The notes beneath the pieces were generated by a model. The model did no database searches, was not told the origin of the DNA, and saw nothing but the letters and a program-made list of their open reading frames with translations. A stretch of DNA of 64,000 bases, taken from the NCBI RefSeq assembly GCF_009914755.1, contig NC_060927.1. One strand, 5' to 3'. A program made the translations under genes and the position numbers. Numbering within the stretch: position 1 is the first letter of the stretch; each line of letters starts with the position of its first letter. Below, in pieces: positions 38,101-53,106 of this stretch. The stretch comes from the human T2T-CHM13v2.0 reference genome, Homo sapiens.

Positions 38101-39659
38101 TCCAGAATTCAGATTCTTAAATCTGTTGGTTACTTTCTCCTTTTATTTCAGTAAATTTATATTTTATGAGCTATTTTTTAGAACTTAATACTAGTAATCT
38201 TAATATATGCCTGGCAATATGGAGAGTGCCTCAACTGCCTGCTACAAACTCATGCAAGTAAGCTCTCTAACCATGGTGAAAAAGAAATCCTCAACCTACC
38301 AGTTTTTCTACTGCTAGAGAAAACTCATGGTAAGATATATTTAGTGTCATAAGTTACAGTTTTTCTTATTTTTAATTATCACTCATTTCCTCAGAAAATA
38401 TTTACTCATCCTTTATGTGATCATAAAAACTTGCTGGACTTCAAGATTGTGGACCAAGCACAGTATATTACTCTTCCTTTCTAAAATAAAAAAAGATTAA
38501 AAAAAACAGCAACATAGCAGTTCTGAGAATCAGAAAGGTACAATAATTTTTCATGAATTCATGGAAAACAGATGGGGTAAGATTAACGGAAAAAAAATAG
38601 ACACACACGGAAGACCACTGCAGAAGCAGGAGCCATTTTCCACCAAAGAAGTCTGAAAAAAATCCAAACTCAGAAACAAGAAAAAGAACAAGAGTGATCT
38701 GTGAGGCTATAATCAACAACTCTGGGCCATTCCCCTCAACCCCTCAAAACATACAGAAATGTCAGGAATGCTTTCTGCTCCAATGATAACCAAAAAATTA
38801 CCACAGTTCCTAGCATGTATGTTGAAGCTAGAGAAAGAGGTAAAAACATGACAGTGGAAGTAAATGAAAAAGAAAGGCAGTTCTACTTAGGAATGAGATA
38901 AAGTCTTCATCACTCAAAATAAACACCTCCTAACTTTTTGTAACCATGAAATCCTAACCCTGCTTAATAGCTATTACGCTCTTTACAGGACAAACTAGCA
39001 CGAGCCTACAATCAGCCCTCCCATTTAGAGGAGCGATCTGTTGGAGAAAACCAGAGATCCACTTAATTGCAGAGGAAACCCTTACCAGTTAGCTACCAAT
39101 ATCCACCGATTAATAAGCATTCATTAATAAATATTAACAAAGGACCATTAAACATTTATGGAAAGCAAATGGCAAAAATGAACAAAGAACAGACCTGACA
39201 CATAATGCATAGAAGACAATGTTCAGTCTTCTAATTAGTACCATCTAAAAGAGAAGAGGATATTGATTCCAAAAACACCCATAAAACAAGATGGGCTGCT
39301 ATGAAAATAAAGGACTAATGAAAGAATAACAGTGCTTGCAAATAAGTTTTCTTCTTCAATGTAAGAGCAGTGAAGAATAAAGATTTAATGAGCAATCTGG
39401 AGAGAGAGACAAGGGGGGAGATTAGGCAGAGGAGAGGGGAATAGGGAGAGAGAGATAAAGAATATCTGAGAAAGTAAAATACAAGTAGAAAAAAGAAACC
39501 TGGAGGACAGACCTAAAAGGGCCAACATCTAGTAAAAATGAGCAACAAATGGAGAAAACAGGAGAGTATGATGGTAAGAAAAAAATTAAATAGAAAAATA
39601 TTCTCCTGACCCAAAGGAAGACTTGAATGAAATAACTAAAATAGACCATACAGAAAGGA

Positions 39660-42600
39660 GTTCAGCCCCTCTTCCCTGGGAACCCCTATCCCCTGACTCT
39701 TCACCAGGCAGGGGCCCCAGCCCGTGACCACAGAACAGTTGCTCCACCCATGGCTGAGCATACCCACTGGTAGTGGCCTGGAGTGTCCTGCAGAGGCTCC
39801 CAGAGGCACATGATAGCCCCTCTGCCACGACCACAGCAGCAGTTCTATCCCTGCTGCCCTTGATTTGGGGAAAAAACAGCCTGAGGACTATGCCTGAGCT
39901 TACAGCACACTACAGTCACCATGCAGAGAAGACAACCACTCTCTTCTCCTGACTCCCTTAACTCCTTGCTCCCCAGCAAGCCACAAGCTCACACCAGCAG
40001 TACAGCCACCCCACCCCACCCCACCCCACCAGCTGAACACTACCAGTAACAGCAGCTAAATGTTTCTCAGAGGTAGAGCCGTCAGAGGCAACCAAAAGCT
40101 TCTGCCACTGGCTCTGCAGTGGTACTACCCCAGCTATCCTCAGATTAACCAAGGAGCAGAGACCCTAAGTGCCTCATCCGTATTTGCAACAAGCTGCAAT
40201 CCACCCAAGGAGAGGAAGCCAGTCCATCTCCCATGGATCACATAAACACCCACTGCTCATCACCAGGTAGGGTGTCCCCAGATTGGGCCCATAGCACAGA
40301 CTACCTCATCCTGGGTTTATTGCATTCAGTGATTGCTGACCTGCACCTCTCTGGGATGAAGCCATCAGGAGACAAAAGACCCTCAGCCACAACCACTACT
40401 AAGGTACCTTATTCAGCTGCCTCCAAGTTGGGAAAGAAACATAAACCCTGAGATCACCCCAGAGCTGTGGTGGGCAGCCCAGTAGCACCAAGCCGTGATC
40501 TACAGCCAGCACTCAGGTGAGAGAGCAGCCCCCACTTACAGAGCACTGAGAGAGAGCATGACTGTGAGGAAATATAGAGCAGCCACACAGCCAAGCAAGA
40601 GCCTACCTACTGACCACTACACCTAAGCACCACCTACTGGATCACACCCCAAAGCTTCAACACCAAAAATAACTTCCTAACATATACCCCTGTGAAACCA
40701 AAGATAAGAAGTCAGCTACAAATAAAGACCCCACACAAAGCCTTGGCCCTATGAAAACATCCAGAAAAGAAATCTGTTGACTGTACTCAGTCTACACCAC
40801 AGTTAAAGGAATAACCATTTAATTAGTCCATTTTCAAACTGCTATAAAGATACTACCTGAGACTGGATAATTTGCAATAAAAGAGATTTAATTGACTCAC
40901 AGTTCCACATGTCTGGGGAGGCCTCTGGAAACATATAATCATGAATCATGATGGAAGGCAAGGGGGAAGCAGCATCTTTACAAGGCAGCAGGAGAAAGCA
41001 AGAGACATTTTTAAACCATCAGATCTCATGAGAACTCACTCACTCACAAGAACAGCATTGGGGAAACCACCACCAACATCCATTACTTCCCACCAGGTCC
41101 CTCCCTCGACATGAGATTACAATTGTAGATGAGACTTGGGTGGGGACACAGAGCCAAACCATATTCTGCCCCTAGTGCCTCCCAAATCTCATGTCCTCAC
41201 ATTTCAAAACCAATCATACTTTCCCAATAATCCCCCCAAAGTCTTAGCTCACTCCAGCATTAACTCAAAAGTCCAAGTCCAAAGTCTCATCTGAGACAAA
41301 GCAAGTCCCTTCCGCCTATGAGCCTGTAAAATAAAAAACGAGTTGCTTCCAAGATACAATGGGGGTACAGGCATTGGGTAAATGTTCCTGTTCCAAATTG
41401 GAGAAGTTGGCCAAAACAGAGGGGCCACAGGCTCTATGCAAGTCCAAAACCTGGCAGGGCACTCCTTAAAGCTCCAGAATAATCTCCTTTTACTCCATGT
41501 CTCACATCCAGGGCACACTGATACATGGGGTGGGCTCCCAAGGCTTTGGGTAGCTCTGCCCCTGTGGCTTTTTAGGGTATAGCCCCTGTGGCTGCCTTCA
41601 CAGGCTGATATTGAGTACCTGCGGCTTTTCAAGGTGCATGGTGCAAGCTGTCGTGGCTCAACATACACAAATCAATAAATCTGATTCATCACATAAACAG
41701 AACTAAAGACAAAAATAACATGATTATCTTAATAGATCTATAAAAGGCTTTTGATAAAAGTCAACTCCTCTTCATGTTAAAAATTCTCAGTAAATTAGGC
41801 GTTGAAGGAACATACCTCAAAATAATAAAAGCCATCTATGACAAACCCACAGCCAACATGATAGTAAATGGGGAAAAGCTGGAAGCATTCCTCTTGAAAA
41901 CCAGCATAAGACAAGGATGCCCTCTCTCGTCACTCTTAGTCAACATAGTATTGGAAGTCCTGGACAGAGCAGTAGGCAAGAGAATGAAATAAAGAGCATC
42001 TAAATAGGAAGAGAGGAAGTCAAACTATCCTTGTTTGCAGATGATATGATTCTATATCTAGAAAACCCCATAGTCTCAGCCCAAAAGCTGCTTCAGCTGA
42101 TAGACAACTTCAGCAAAGTTTCAGGATACAAAATCAACGTATAAAAATTACTAGCATTCCTATACACCAATAACAGCCAAGCCAATAGCCAAATCAGGAA
42201 CGCAATCCCATTACACAATTAACACAAAAAGAATAAAATACCTAGGAATACAGCTAACCAGGGAGGTGAAAGATCTCTACAATGAGAATTACAAAACACT
42301 GTTCAAGGAAATCAGCAGAAAACTGATTTCTCATGGATAGGAAGAATCAATGTTAAAATGGCCATACTGCCCAAAGCAATTTACAGATTCAATGTTATTT
42401 CTGTCAAACTACCAATGACATTTTTATAGAACTAGAAAAAAACTATTTTAAAATTCATATGGAACCAAAAAAGAGTCTGAATAGCCAAGGCAGTCCTAAA
42501 CAAAAATAACAAAGCTTGAGGCATCACGTTACCCAACTTCGAAGTACACTACAGGGCTACAGTAATCAAAACAACATGGTACTGGTACAAAAACAGACAT

Positions 42601-43955
42601 ACAGACCAATGCAACAGGAGAGCCCAGAAATCAGGCTGCATCCCTACCACCATCTCATCTTTAACAAAACTGAGAAAAACTATCAGTGGGGAATGGACTC
42701 GCTATTCAATACATGGTGCTGGGATAACTTGCTAGCCATATGCAGAAGATTGAAACTGGACCCCTTTCTTATACCACATATAAAAATCAACTCAAGATGG
42801 ATTAAATATTTAAATGTAATACTCAAAACTATAAAAACCCAGAAGACAACCTAGGCAATATTATTCTGGACAGAGGAAAGGGCAAAGATTTCATGATGAA
42901 GATGCCAAAAGCAATCACAGCAAAAACAAAAAGTGATAAATGGGATCTAATTAAAACTGAAGAGCTTCTGCACGGCAAAGTAAACTATCAACAGAGAAAA
43001 CAGACAACCTACAAAATGGGAGAAAATTTTTGCAAACTCTGCATCTGATAAAGGTCTAATATCCAACATCTATAAGGAACTTAAACAAATTTATAAGAAA
43101 AAATACAACCATATTAAAAAGTGAGCAAAGGACATGAAAACTTTTCAAAAGGAGACATGCATGTGCCAAAAAGCATATGAAAAAAAGCTCAATAGATCTT
43201 TAGAAAAATGCAAATCAAAACCACAACGAGATACCATCTCACACCAGTCAGAATGGCTGCCATTAAAGTCAAATAAAATAAAATAAAATAACAGATGCTG
43301 GTGAGGTTGCAGAGAAAAAGGAATTCTTATACAATATTGGTGGGAATGTAAATTAGTTCAGCCATTGTGGAAAGCTATGTGGTGATTCCTCAAGAAAGTA
43401 AAAACAGAAGTATCATTCAACCCAGAAATCCCATTACCGGGTATATACCCAAAGGAATATAAGTCACTCTACCATAAAGACACATGTGCACAAATGTTCA
43501 TTGTAGCACTATTCACAGTAGCAAAGACATGGAATCAACCTAAACACCCATCAATGACAGATTAGATTTAAAAAATGTGCCATATATACACCATGGAATA
43601 CAATGCAGCCATAAAAAAGAATAAGATCTTGTGTTTCATGGGAACGTGGATGGAGCTGGAGGCCATTATCCTTAGCAAACTAATGCAGGAACAGAAAACC
43701 AAACACTGCATGTTCTCACTTATAAGTGGGAGCTAAATGATAACTCATGGACACAAAGAGGAAAACAATGGACATTGGGACCTGTTGGTGGGTGGAGGGT
43801 GAAAGGAGGGATAAAAACAGAAAAAATAACTATTGGGTACTAGGATTAGTAGCTGGGTAATGAAATAATCTGTATAACAAACCCCCATGACACAAGTTTA
43901 CCTGTATAACAAACCTGCACATGTACCCCTGAACCAAAGATAAAAAAATTTTTAA
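39660..43955 (+). mobile_element. Rearranged primate L1: 5' UTR, inserted MST/THE1 segment, then ORF2 RT-to-3' end
   Basis: [15 protein letters not shown]...RQGCPLS peptide; gtttgcagatgatatgatt (FADD); L1P 3' UTR ending ~43955. Confidence 0.9.
40820..41655. mobile_element. MST/THE1 (MaLR) LTR (~40820-41163) plus truncated internal sequence
   Basis: attagtccattttcaaactgctataaaga...ggggacacagagccaaaccata, then ttctgccccta..cctcccaaatctcatgtcc. Confidence 0.85.
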
Positions 43956-44749
43956 AACTGAAAGAGCTCCAGGAAGGGTCAAGCAAGAGAAACTTTAAAA
44001 TGACAAAATGCCCAGACACATACAAGAAAATTATAAAACACCAAGGATAAAGAGAGTGTCCCAAAGCTTCCAGAAAGAAAACAAACAAAGCCCAGTTTCC
44101 CTACAAAATAAATTTCATTAATCTGTAATCAGACTTCTCATAAACAACACTGTAATCTAGCAGAATATGAAACAATGTTTTACAATGTTCTGTCATTCAA
44201 GTTTAAGGGAGAATAAATATATGTATTAAACATGCAAGGACTGCAAAGTTTCAGAAAACATCAGTTCGACAAAACAAATTCAAAATCATACTCCAAAAAA
44301 TGAAATGAAATCCAAGAAAATAGAATGATGACAAGGGATACATGAAAAAACCATTAAATCAAGAAACAAAACACATACGTAATTTTAAATTATTGCTGAC
44401 ATTTGGATCCACAGCTTAATGCACATGAAGAAGTTTTTAAAAAAGTAAAGACATAATATTAAAAACAATAGCAAGAGACTATAATCAGTATTTCAACAAT
44501 ATGTGAAAGATGGGAAAAGGAAAAGAAGAGGTAAGAGATGCTAAAAGTCTTACTCTTTAGGAAGGGGAAAATAATAGAAACTAATTTTCAATATTCATAG
44601 AGAAATGATTAAAGTTTCTTTTAAATCTAAGAATAACCAACAAAATAATTAAAATTAGAATGTATACCTTCCAAATAAAGAAAAGGCTAAACAAAATTCA
44701 GTAAAAACAATGAAAAGCAGGAAAGACAGAAATAATGAATACATGGCAA

Positions 44750-47680
44750 TTTCTTAATGTTTCCTGAAAAGTTAAATATATACCTACCACATGATCCAGC
44801 AATTTTACTCCTAAGTATTTATCCAAGAGAAAAGAAAGCATATGTCCATACCAAGAACACATATGTTCATAGTACCTTTGTTTATAATAGCTAAGAACTG
44901 GAAACAACTCAAATGTCCATCAGCAGGTAAATGTATAAATCAACTGGAGTAAACACATGCAATGGAATACTGCTATTTAACAAGAGAAAGCCAGGGTCAG
45001 TAAACCATCCTGCCTGCCACCTGTTTTTAGATAGCCCACAAGCTAAGAATGACTTTTAAATTTTTAAGTGATTAGAAAAATAAAAGAATTATATTTCATG
45101 AAAATTTAAAACTTCAGTATTCATAAAGTTTTAATGGAAAATAGCCATGCTCATCTTTGACAGTGTCTGTGGCTGCTTTCAGTCTACAATGACAGAGTTG
45201 AGTGAGTTGAGTTATTCAAACTATGACTGGAAGCAGCCTAAATGCCAATCAACCAACAAGTGGATAAAGAAAATGTGGTATATATACACCATGGAATACT
45301 ACTCAGCCACAAAAAGGAACAAAATCATGGCATTTGCAGCAACTTGGATGGAGTTGGAGACCATTATTCTAAGTGAAGTACCTCAGGAATGGAAAACCAA
45401 ATATTGTTATGTTCTCGCTTATAAGCAGGAGCTAAGCTATGAGGATGGAAGAGAATAAAAATGATATAATGGACTTTGGGGACTTGTGGGGGGTGGAGTG
45501 TGAGAGGGACCTGAGGGATAAAGGACTATACTTTGAGTACAGTGTACACTGCTTGGGTTCAGATACACCAAAATCTCAGAAATTACTGCTAAAGAACTTA
45601 TCTGTGTAGCTAAAAACCACCTGTTTCTCAAAAATTATTGAAATAAAATTTTAGAAAAAAATTGAAAAATAAAACAAAGACAATATGGCCTGCAAGGAAC
45701 TGTAAGTTAGTTATCTAGCTCTTAGAGAAAAAGTGTGTCAACCCCTGACAAAAAGGAATGTATATTGATATACACAACATGGATGAATTTCAAAATAATT
45801 ATGCTGAATGAAAAAAGCCAGACAAAAGGCAGACCTACTATTGGATTCCATTTATGTTAAACTCTTGAAAATGCAATCCGAACTATATGGATGAAAAGGA
45901 GATCAGTTGTCCGGAGAGAGAAACATGGGGGAAGGACCGAAGGGAGGAATTACAATGGGGTACAAAGAAACTTGTGGGGGTGATGGATACATTATCTTGA
46001 TGGTGGTGATGGTCTCTCCGGTACATTACGTATGTCAAAACCTATCAAATGTACACTTTAAATATGTGCAACTTATGTATCTCAAATATACCTCAATAAA
46101 GTTTAAAAAGTAAAGTCTATGACAATTGAAAGACAGGAAAGGTAAAAAAGAAAAAATGGCAATATTAATTTCTTGTGGGATGCAGCTAATATAATACTTA
46201 GAGGGTTTTTTTTACTTCAAAACTGAAAATTAATGAGCTAAGCATCTGAAGAATTTAGGAAAATAACATTTAAAAACCCTGTATAAAAGAAGGAAAAAAT
46301 AGTAAAGGCAAGATCAGAAACTAATGAAATAATGAATGGACAATAGAAGATAGCAATAAGAGCAGATCCTTTCCAAATAATGTTAATACTGATTAACTTG
46401 TGGTGAGAATTATCCTACCCCAAAAGAATGCACAAATAACCAATGTCAGGAATATAAAAGGAATCATCTCTAAAAATACTACAACTATTAACTAATAAAA
46501 TTATAAACAACTGTATGGCAATAAATTTGAAATTTGGATAAATATAGAAAATTTTTCCTAGAGAAAAATAGAATTTACCAAAACAGAATCAATAATAAAT
46601 ACAAAATCTGCATTGTCCTATAAACAGTATATAAACCAATAGTTGAAAATGTTCCCCCATAGAAAACTTCAGGCTCCCAATGGCTTTTTTTTCCAGTGGG
46701 GTCTTTGAAAAACAAAAAAGATATAATTCCACTCTTTTAGAAACATATTCAATGTATAGAAAAATAAGAAATACACACAAGTCATTTTATGAAGTCAGAC
46801 ATAACCTTAATAGCCTGATACCCTGACAAGGACAGTAGAGCAAGGAGAATTATGGGTCATTTATACACATGAACATAGATGCAAAAATTGTATTAAAATA
46901 TTCCCTAACAAAATCTAGATGTATGCAAAAGATAATATGTAACAGACAAGTTGGGTTTATTCTAGAATGTAAGGTTGGTTTGACTTTGAAAAATTGATCA
47001 ATATGATTAAACACAACAGATTGAAGAAGATACATCTTGTCAATAAGTGCTGAGAAAGCATATAATAAAAGTCAACATCCATTCTTGATTAAACAAAATA
47101 ACTTCTTAGTAAAGGATAAAAATAGATAGGAGCTCAATGTGGTAAAAGGTATCTAAAAAATAGAAATAAACTACAGTAAACCTTATATTTAATGCAAAAA
47201 CAATGAAAGCTTTCCCTTTGAGATCAGATAATAAGACAAGGATACCTGTAATCAACACTGCTCTTCAGTATTGAACTGGGGAAAAAAGAAAAGTTATAAA
47301 GATTGGAAAGCAAGAAATAAAACTGTTATTATTTGAAAATAATATAAATGAAATACAGTATATAGAAAATTAGAATGTACTGATTGTTAGAACAAGATTG
47401 TTAAGCAGGGTTGCTGAATACTTAATATACAGAAATTAACTGCATTTCTACATACCAGCAGCAAACCAAAAATGAAATTGACAGTAACATTAAAGAAAAA
47501 ACATGTAGCCAGAAATAATCTTATAAAAGATGTGCAAAATCACTTCAATAGATGCAGCTATTGAATATCTATTTTTAAAAAGACGTGTTATTGGACTTTA
47601 CCACAAACCATACATAAAAAGCAATTCCAAGTAGATTAGTGATCTTAATGTAAAAGGGACAATCTAAAGAATGAAGAATT
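44750..47680 (+). mobile_element. Nested old L1M fragments with a MER58-like insert and an L1PB-like 3' end (~45228-45665)
   Basis: KWIKKMWYIYTMEYYSA peptide and degenerate ORF2 motifs. Confidence 0.65.
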
Positions 47681-47855
47681 AACCAAAAGAAGAGCCTAGA
47701 TTTATGGCTATAACATGCCCTATGTCTTTCTTATATGAAAAGCCATTTCGAATGAGTAAAAACGATGCACATCCGGGATGTTAGAGGGGGCAGCTAGTTC
47801 TCCTGACATCATCCTGTTTTTTTAATTCCTCAGCAGTTTTAAAACTGAAAATTAC

Positions 47856-48064
47856 CTTATGTTTTCCCGTTCTTGATCAACATATCTTATTTGTGACGCA
47901 AGCATTGTTTTATGAACCTTGATTTCTTCAGTTCGCTCTTCCATTGCTGTGTATAATTGCTGTTTTCTTTTTTCTAGGGAAAGAACTTCTTCTGCCTTAC
48001 TGTGAAGCATTTCTCGAGTACGCTTAACTTCAAGTTTTAAAAGATTGTCCTCTATCATCAAATC
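47856..48064 (-). CDS. CCDC39: CCDC39 exon 13 ([15 protein letters not shown]...QERENI)
   Basis: ttgatag| acceptor, AAG|gtaatt donor, 209 nt. Confidence 0.94.
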
Positions 48065-48825
48065 CTATCAACGTAACAAAATGGTCAAATATTGAAATTA
48101 TTTTTAATTGCAAAACCAAAATTTTTTTTATTGCTATATAAGTAAAACTTGAAAATATACCTTTTTCCAATTTAACCATTGACTAAGATATTAGCTAGGC
48201 CTAAAATTGATCATAGTTTTTTTTTTTCTTTTAAGAAAAGGGTTTATAGTTATTCCAAATCTTTTTCATAATTCAATTTTAAAGTCAAGCTTTGCTATTA
48301 TAAAAAACAAAGGGAAGAAGTTATTCCTGAAGTTAAACTTACGCTATCCAAAAAACATAAAGCCCTATGAATGGCCATTTTTATACTCTGAATCTCACAA
48401 AATAATGTGGAAATATATTTTTATTTTAAAACAATTCAGTCGTGAATAGAGTACTGACATAAGAGTACACATATCAATCAATTTTCAGAATAGAAACCCC
48501 AGAAAAAAACACTCCAGGATATAAGATTTTATTGTTTCATAAACGTGGCTTTTCATTTGGAGAGATTAGATACTTACATCTCACGTGCACCAAAAATATA
48601 TTCTAGATGAATGAAAAATCTTAAGAGATGAAATCAACGTAACTACTAGAAATAGTAAACATTTGTCTGATTTTTAGTGTAACCAAGAAGTTTCTAAGCA
48701 TAAAAATTAAAAAGAAAAAAAAACTAAGAGATTTGATGTTTTAAAAAAAGTTTTGTGTCACAAACACTGAATAAAAATGTAAAGGTAAATGGGGAAAATA
48801 TTTACAATATTTATGACAGAGATAA

Positions 48826-49121
48826 TTTTTTTTTTTTTTTGAGACGGAGTCTTACTCTGTCGCCCAGGCTGGAGCGCAGTGGTGCGATCTCCGCTTACTG
48901 CAAGCCCCACCTCCTGGGTTCACGCCATTCTCCTGCCTCAGCCTCCGGAGTAGCTGGGACTATAGGCGCCCGCCACCACGCCCGGCTAATTTTTTGTATT
49001 TTTAGTAGAGATGGGGTTTCACCATGTTAGCCAGGATGGTCTCGATCTCCTGACCTCATGATCCACCCGCCTCGGCCTCCCAAAGTGCTGGGATTACAGG
49101 TGTGAGCCACCGTGCCCGGCC
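48826..49121 (-). mobile_element. AluY-like, antisense
   Basis: Full Alu with TSD gacagaga(t/c)aat. Confidence 0.95.
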
Positions 49122-49982
49122 GACAGAGACAATATTTTTACATATGAAAATCTTTTATAATTTATATATGTAAACTTCCCAGCGGAAAAAAAATGGGCCA
49201 AGAATACAAACTAGAGCTCCAAAGAAAAAAAATATGGAACATGACATAACAGAGAAAAGTGTTTTAAACATTTTTATTTAAACATAAATGTTTGAAAATG
49301 TATCATTAAACAAAATATTTTTAAACCACCAATTTTAAAAATGCAGACTAAAACAATGAGATACCATGTTTATCAAATTGGCAACAATTTTTTAAATTAG
49401 GATATCCAGCCTCAGTGGTAGTGAATAAAATAGAATGCTTACATACTACTGATAGGAGTATTAATGGTACCCTCTAGAAGAGAATTGGGCTTAAAAATTG
49501 TTTCAAGACGCTAAAAATATTCATTTCTTTCTGAATCATAATTATATAGCTAGGAATTTATCCAAAGGAACTAACTGAATAACTGCACAATGAACAACTA
49601 ATTGAACAACTGCACTGTACATGTAGTACTATTTACAATAGCCAAGCATTAGAAAGAAACAAAAATCTAAAAAATAGGGGATGGTTAAATAAACTATGGT
49701 AATTTCATGCAATGGACTTATAGAAAGCCTTCAAAAATGTTTTTGAAAGAATAGTTAATGTTTTAGGAAGCATATGATATATAGAAATTTTTTAATACAA
49801 CATAAAAAGCCAAATTTCTTTACAAGACTGGAGGGAAATTATAGACTTTAACACTGTTTATATTGGGTATAGTGATTATAGTGACATTTTCTTTTTCATA
49901 ATTTGCTATATTTTTTCATTTGTCTACAATTAACATGGAAACATGGTTTTCAATACTACATATGCATACAATTTTACTGCAC

Positions 49983-50120
49983 CTGCTTAAAACCTTTGGC
50001 TTTATCAAGTTCTTTCTCTGATCTGTCGATGAAAAGGTTTAGTTCATTTATTTTGGTCATAAGGGACTGTTTTTCATCACTGTTTTTACTATGTGCCTTC
50101 TTGATAAAATAAAGATCATT
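49983..50120 (-). CDS. CCDC39: CCDC39 exon 12 ([20 protein letters not shown]...KGFKQ)
   Basis: ttttgcag| acceptor, CAG|gtgcag donor, 138 nt. Confidence 0.92.
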
Positions 50121-50398
50121 CTGCAAAAAAGAAAAAAGGTATATAAATGTATGTTTTAAATATTGACAAAAATATTAAATACATGCTGTATTATATATAT
50201 CTTACATTAAATTATATACTCAGATATTTAAAATAATCCTATGTTTTATTATCTCTCTTTCTGCTATGTCTGTAATATAATACACATGGATAGTCACATA
50301 GAAACATTTTCATTTTTATCATCAATTGATGTTTTGGATGTAGTATGAGTTCAGTAATTCTAGGCAATACATAACTTCCAGTTCAACCTAATGAATCA

Positions 50399-50737
50399 CA
50401 GTCATCCCTCAGTATTGTCTGGGGATTGGTTGCAGGACAACTGCACTACCACCACCAAAAGGTATGGATGTTCAAGTCCCTTATATAAAATGGCATAGTA
50501 TTTGCATATAATCTACACACATCTTCCTGTATACCTTTAATTATCTTTACATTACTTATGTAATAAAATGTAAATGTTATATAAATAGTTGTTACACTAT
50601 ATCATTTAGGGAATAATGACAAGAAAAAAGTCTGTACATTTTCAATACAGATGCAATCACCCATTTTTCTGAGTATTTTCAATCCTCAGTTGGATGAATC
50701 TGCAGATGTGGAGCTTGTGGATACAGAGGGCGACTGT
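50399..50737. mobile_element. MER2 (Tigger-type) DNA transposon
   Basis: Inverted termini cagtcatccctcagtatt...gatacagagggcgactg. Confidence 0.85.
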
Positions 50738-50859
50738 GCTAGGAGACAGCCATTTATGAGGAGATGGGAGCATACACCAGTTCATCACATGGTTTACCAC
50801 TCCCATATTGGAGTTCATTGTTTGATTCTACGCAAGTCCCAGATAGTAAGGATATCAAC

Positions 50860-51100
50860 AATCTGAGAAACCATAGGGTGCTGGTTAAGAGTACAAGCTC
50901 TTAGAATCAGATGGCTTTAATTACCTACTAACCATCTGACCCTAGTATGATGGACTCTTCCTCAGTTTCCTCATCTCTAAATGGAGATGAGGACAGTTTC
51001 TACCTTCATGGGTTATTGTGAAGATTAAAGATGTTATTGTCAAAGCATGTGTATAACAGTGCTTGACACATAGAAGTGCCATGTAAATGTCAGCTATTAT
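50860..51100. mobile_element. MIR
   Basis: cctcagtttcctcatctctaaatggaga...gggttattgtgaagattaaa. Confidence 0.7.
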
Positions 51101-52941
51101 TAATTACATACATAATCACATATTGCTAAAGAGAAAAATGTTTGATTAGAACTAATTCCATCATATGCATAAATAGATCATACATTTGCAGATACCAGTT
51201 TTCCAGTTTTATACCTGTTTAGATCCCTCTTCCCACCCAGAACCCAGAATAAGGTTTGTGCTCTTATTCCCTTCTTGTTTCCTAAATCTAAACTTTCCAG
51301 TTCCAAGATCTCTTTCCCTCTCTTCCTCCCTCTATCCGTTCCTCCTCTCCTCTGTTTCTAATTGCCTGCATTTCTCTGAAGTATTGGGACCTAAGATTTC
51401 AGCAAGATAGTAAGAAGAGGAATTTTTTGCATAAAAATGTGATTTTATAAAATTAAATTTGATAAAAAGAGCTAAAACAATGTGATTTTCAACCTGAAGA
51501 AACTATTTTCTGTATGTAAAATGAGATGGAGTGGCATGTGAGAGGGCATACAGGATGACTTTACAATCTGTTGCTACTATTGAAAAGAGCAGCTCTTCAT
51601 AATGACCAAAGGCTAACTAGCTTTAATATAATTTGTTAATTCACTTACATTTCTATTAATTTATGTATCTCTCTGTTAAAACCAGAGTTGGAATGGCATA
51701 AGCACTTGACAATGGTATGATGGAGGGAGCAGTCAGAGTAGTTCAAAGGGGGAAGAATTATAACCATCCCCACACAGCAAAACAGACACAATCCAGGCCA
51801 GGGGCAAGAAACAAAGTCATACCTCTAACATTCTATACCATTCTCATATTCTAAATAATCAAAACAATACCACATATTGAGTACCTACAATTGTGCTAAG
51901 ATATAAATTGCTTCTAGTTCTCCCAAATGTCCTAAAATAATATTAATTTTTCCCCCATTTAATAGACGAGTAAACTAGAGCTCAGAAAATTTAAAACAGC
52001 AGTAGTGGTATAGCCTTGAAATTTAAAACTAGTTTTATCTGATCCAAAAACAAGTATTTTTTTCCACTAAACAAAGATAACCATTTTAAAATATTTCATC
52101 AGACTACAAACTACTCCAAACCAAAATTTTGTCTTCTTAAGAAGAAAAAAAAAAAGTAATAACTCTCCACCTTTTGCAGCCCTCAAGGAATTTAGGGCAA
52201 TTCTTTTTATAACCACCAGAGGACACATCAATAGTCTTTCCAGTGGTAAATAACAATTAGACCCTACTAAGTTCTCACCCCATTCATGTCCACACTCACT
52301 ATCTCACTTTTACTCTCTAGTCAAACTTTAACATAGGTTTTATATTACAAGAAACATAATAAAATGCCTAAAGATGAAGACGTTCTAACCTTATTAACAG
52401 AATCCAATCATTTCAAATATTATAACTAAGTAAAGATTTGAATAACAACTGCTGACTCATAAAGAGCAGTTTCTTTTTACATGGTGTTTTAAAGACAAAG
52501 GGCCATCAAGTTATTTGTTATGGCAGTTAATAAAATAGAAAACTAGAACTTATCAATGTTCTAAACAGTGTACTCTTGAAGAGTATTTAGAAGTCAAATG
52601 CAGGAGGGGTCAAATCCTAGCTCTCTGTGTACTAGCAGTATAACCTGGACAAATTACTTACTCTATAAAACAGATAATAGTATCTTCCTCACAAGACATC
52701 TGTAAGGATTATATGAAATAAAATACTAGAGGCATGTCATACAATATTTAGCATATACTAAATGCATCATCAATGGTAACATTACACACTAATAGTACAA
52801 AAATAAGAACATTGTTCATACATTTGTTATATATGTGTGTAGAGTGGCAGTCACCCTATCCAAAGTAGTCTTAAGAACATGTTGTCCTAAAACAGAATGA
52901 CTAGGATATTTGAAATATAAAATGTATTTTGGCTAAGTTAC

Positions 52942-53106
52942 ATGAAGCTTCTTGATCTGTGTTTCCAAAAGGCCACATGTAGATTTTTTCTCTTCCAAAG
53001 ACTTCCTAAGTTCAACAATTTTTGCTTCAAGCGCTTGTTTTTCTTCTGAATTAATTTCTCCCTTTAACCGTGACATTCTCCGTTCCACTTGTTGAATGTG
53101 AAAATC
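52942..53106 (-). CDS. CCDC39: CCDC39 exon 11 ([17 protein letters not shown]...IKKLH)
   Basis: taacag| acceptor, CAT|gtaact donor, 165 nt. Confidence 0.93.

Noticed and set aside
47777-47796. ttagagggggcagc, a CTCF-like motif beside CCDC39 exon 13
   Set aside because: The 5' half lacks the CCAC/CCGC core; cannot be supported without a PWM scan or ChIP data
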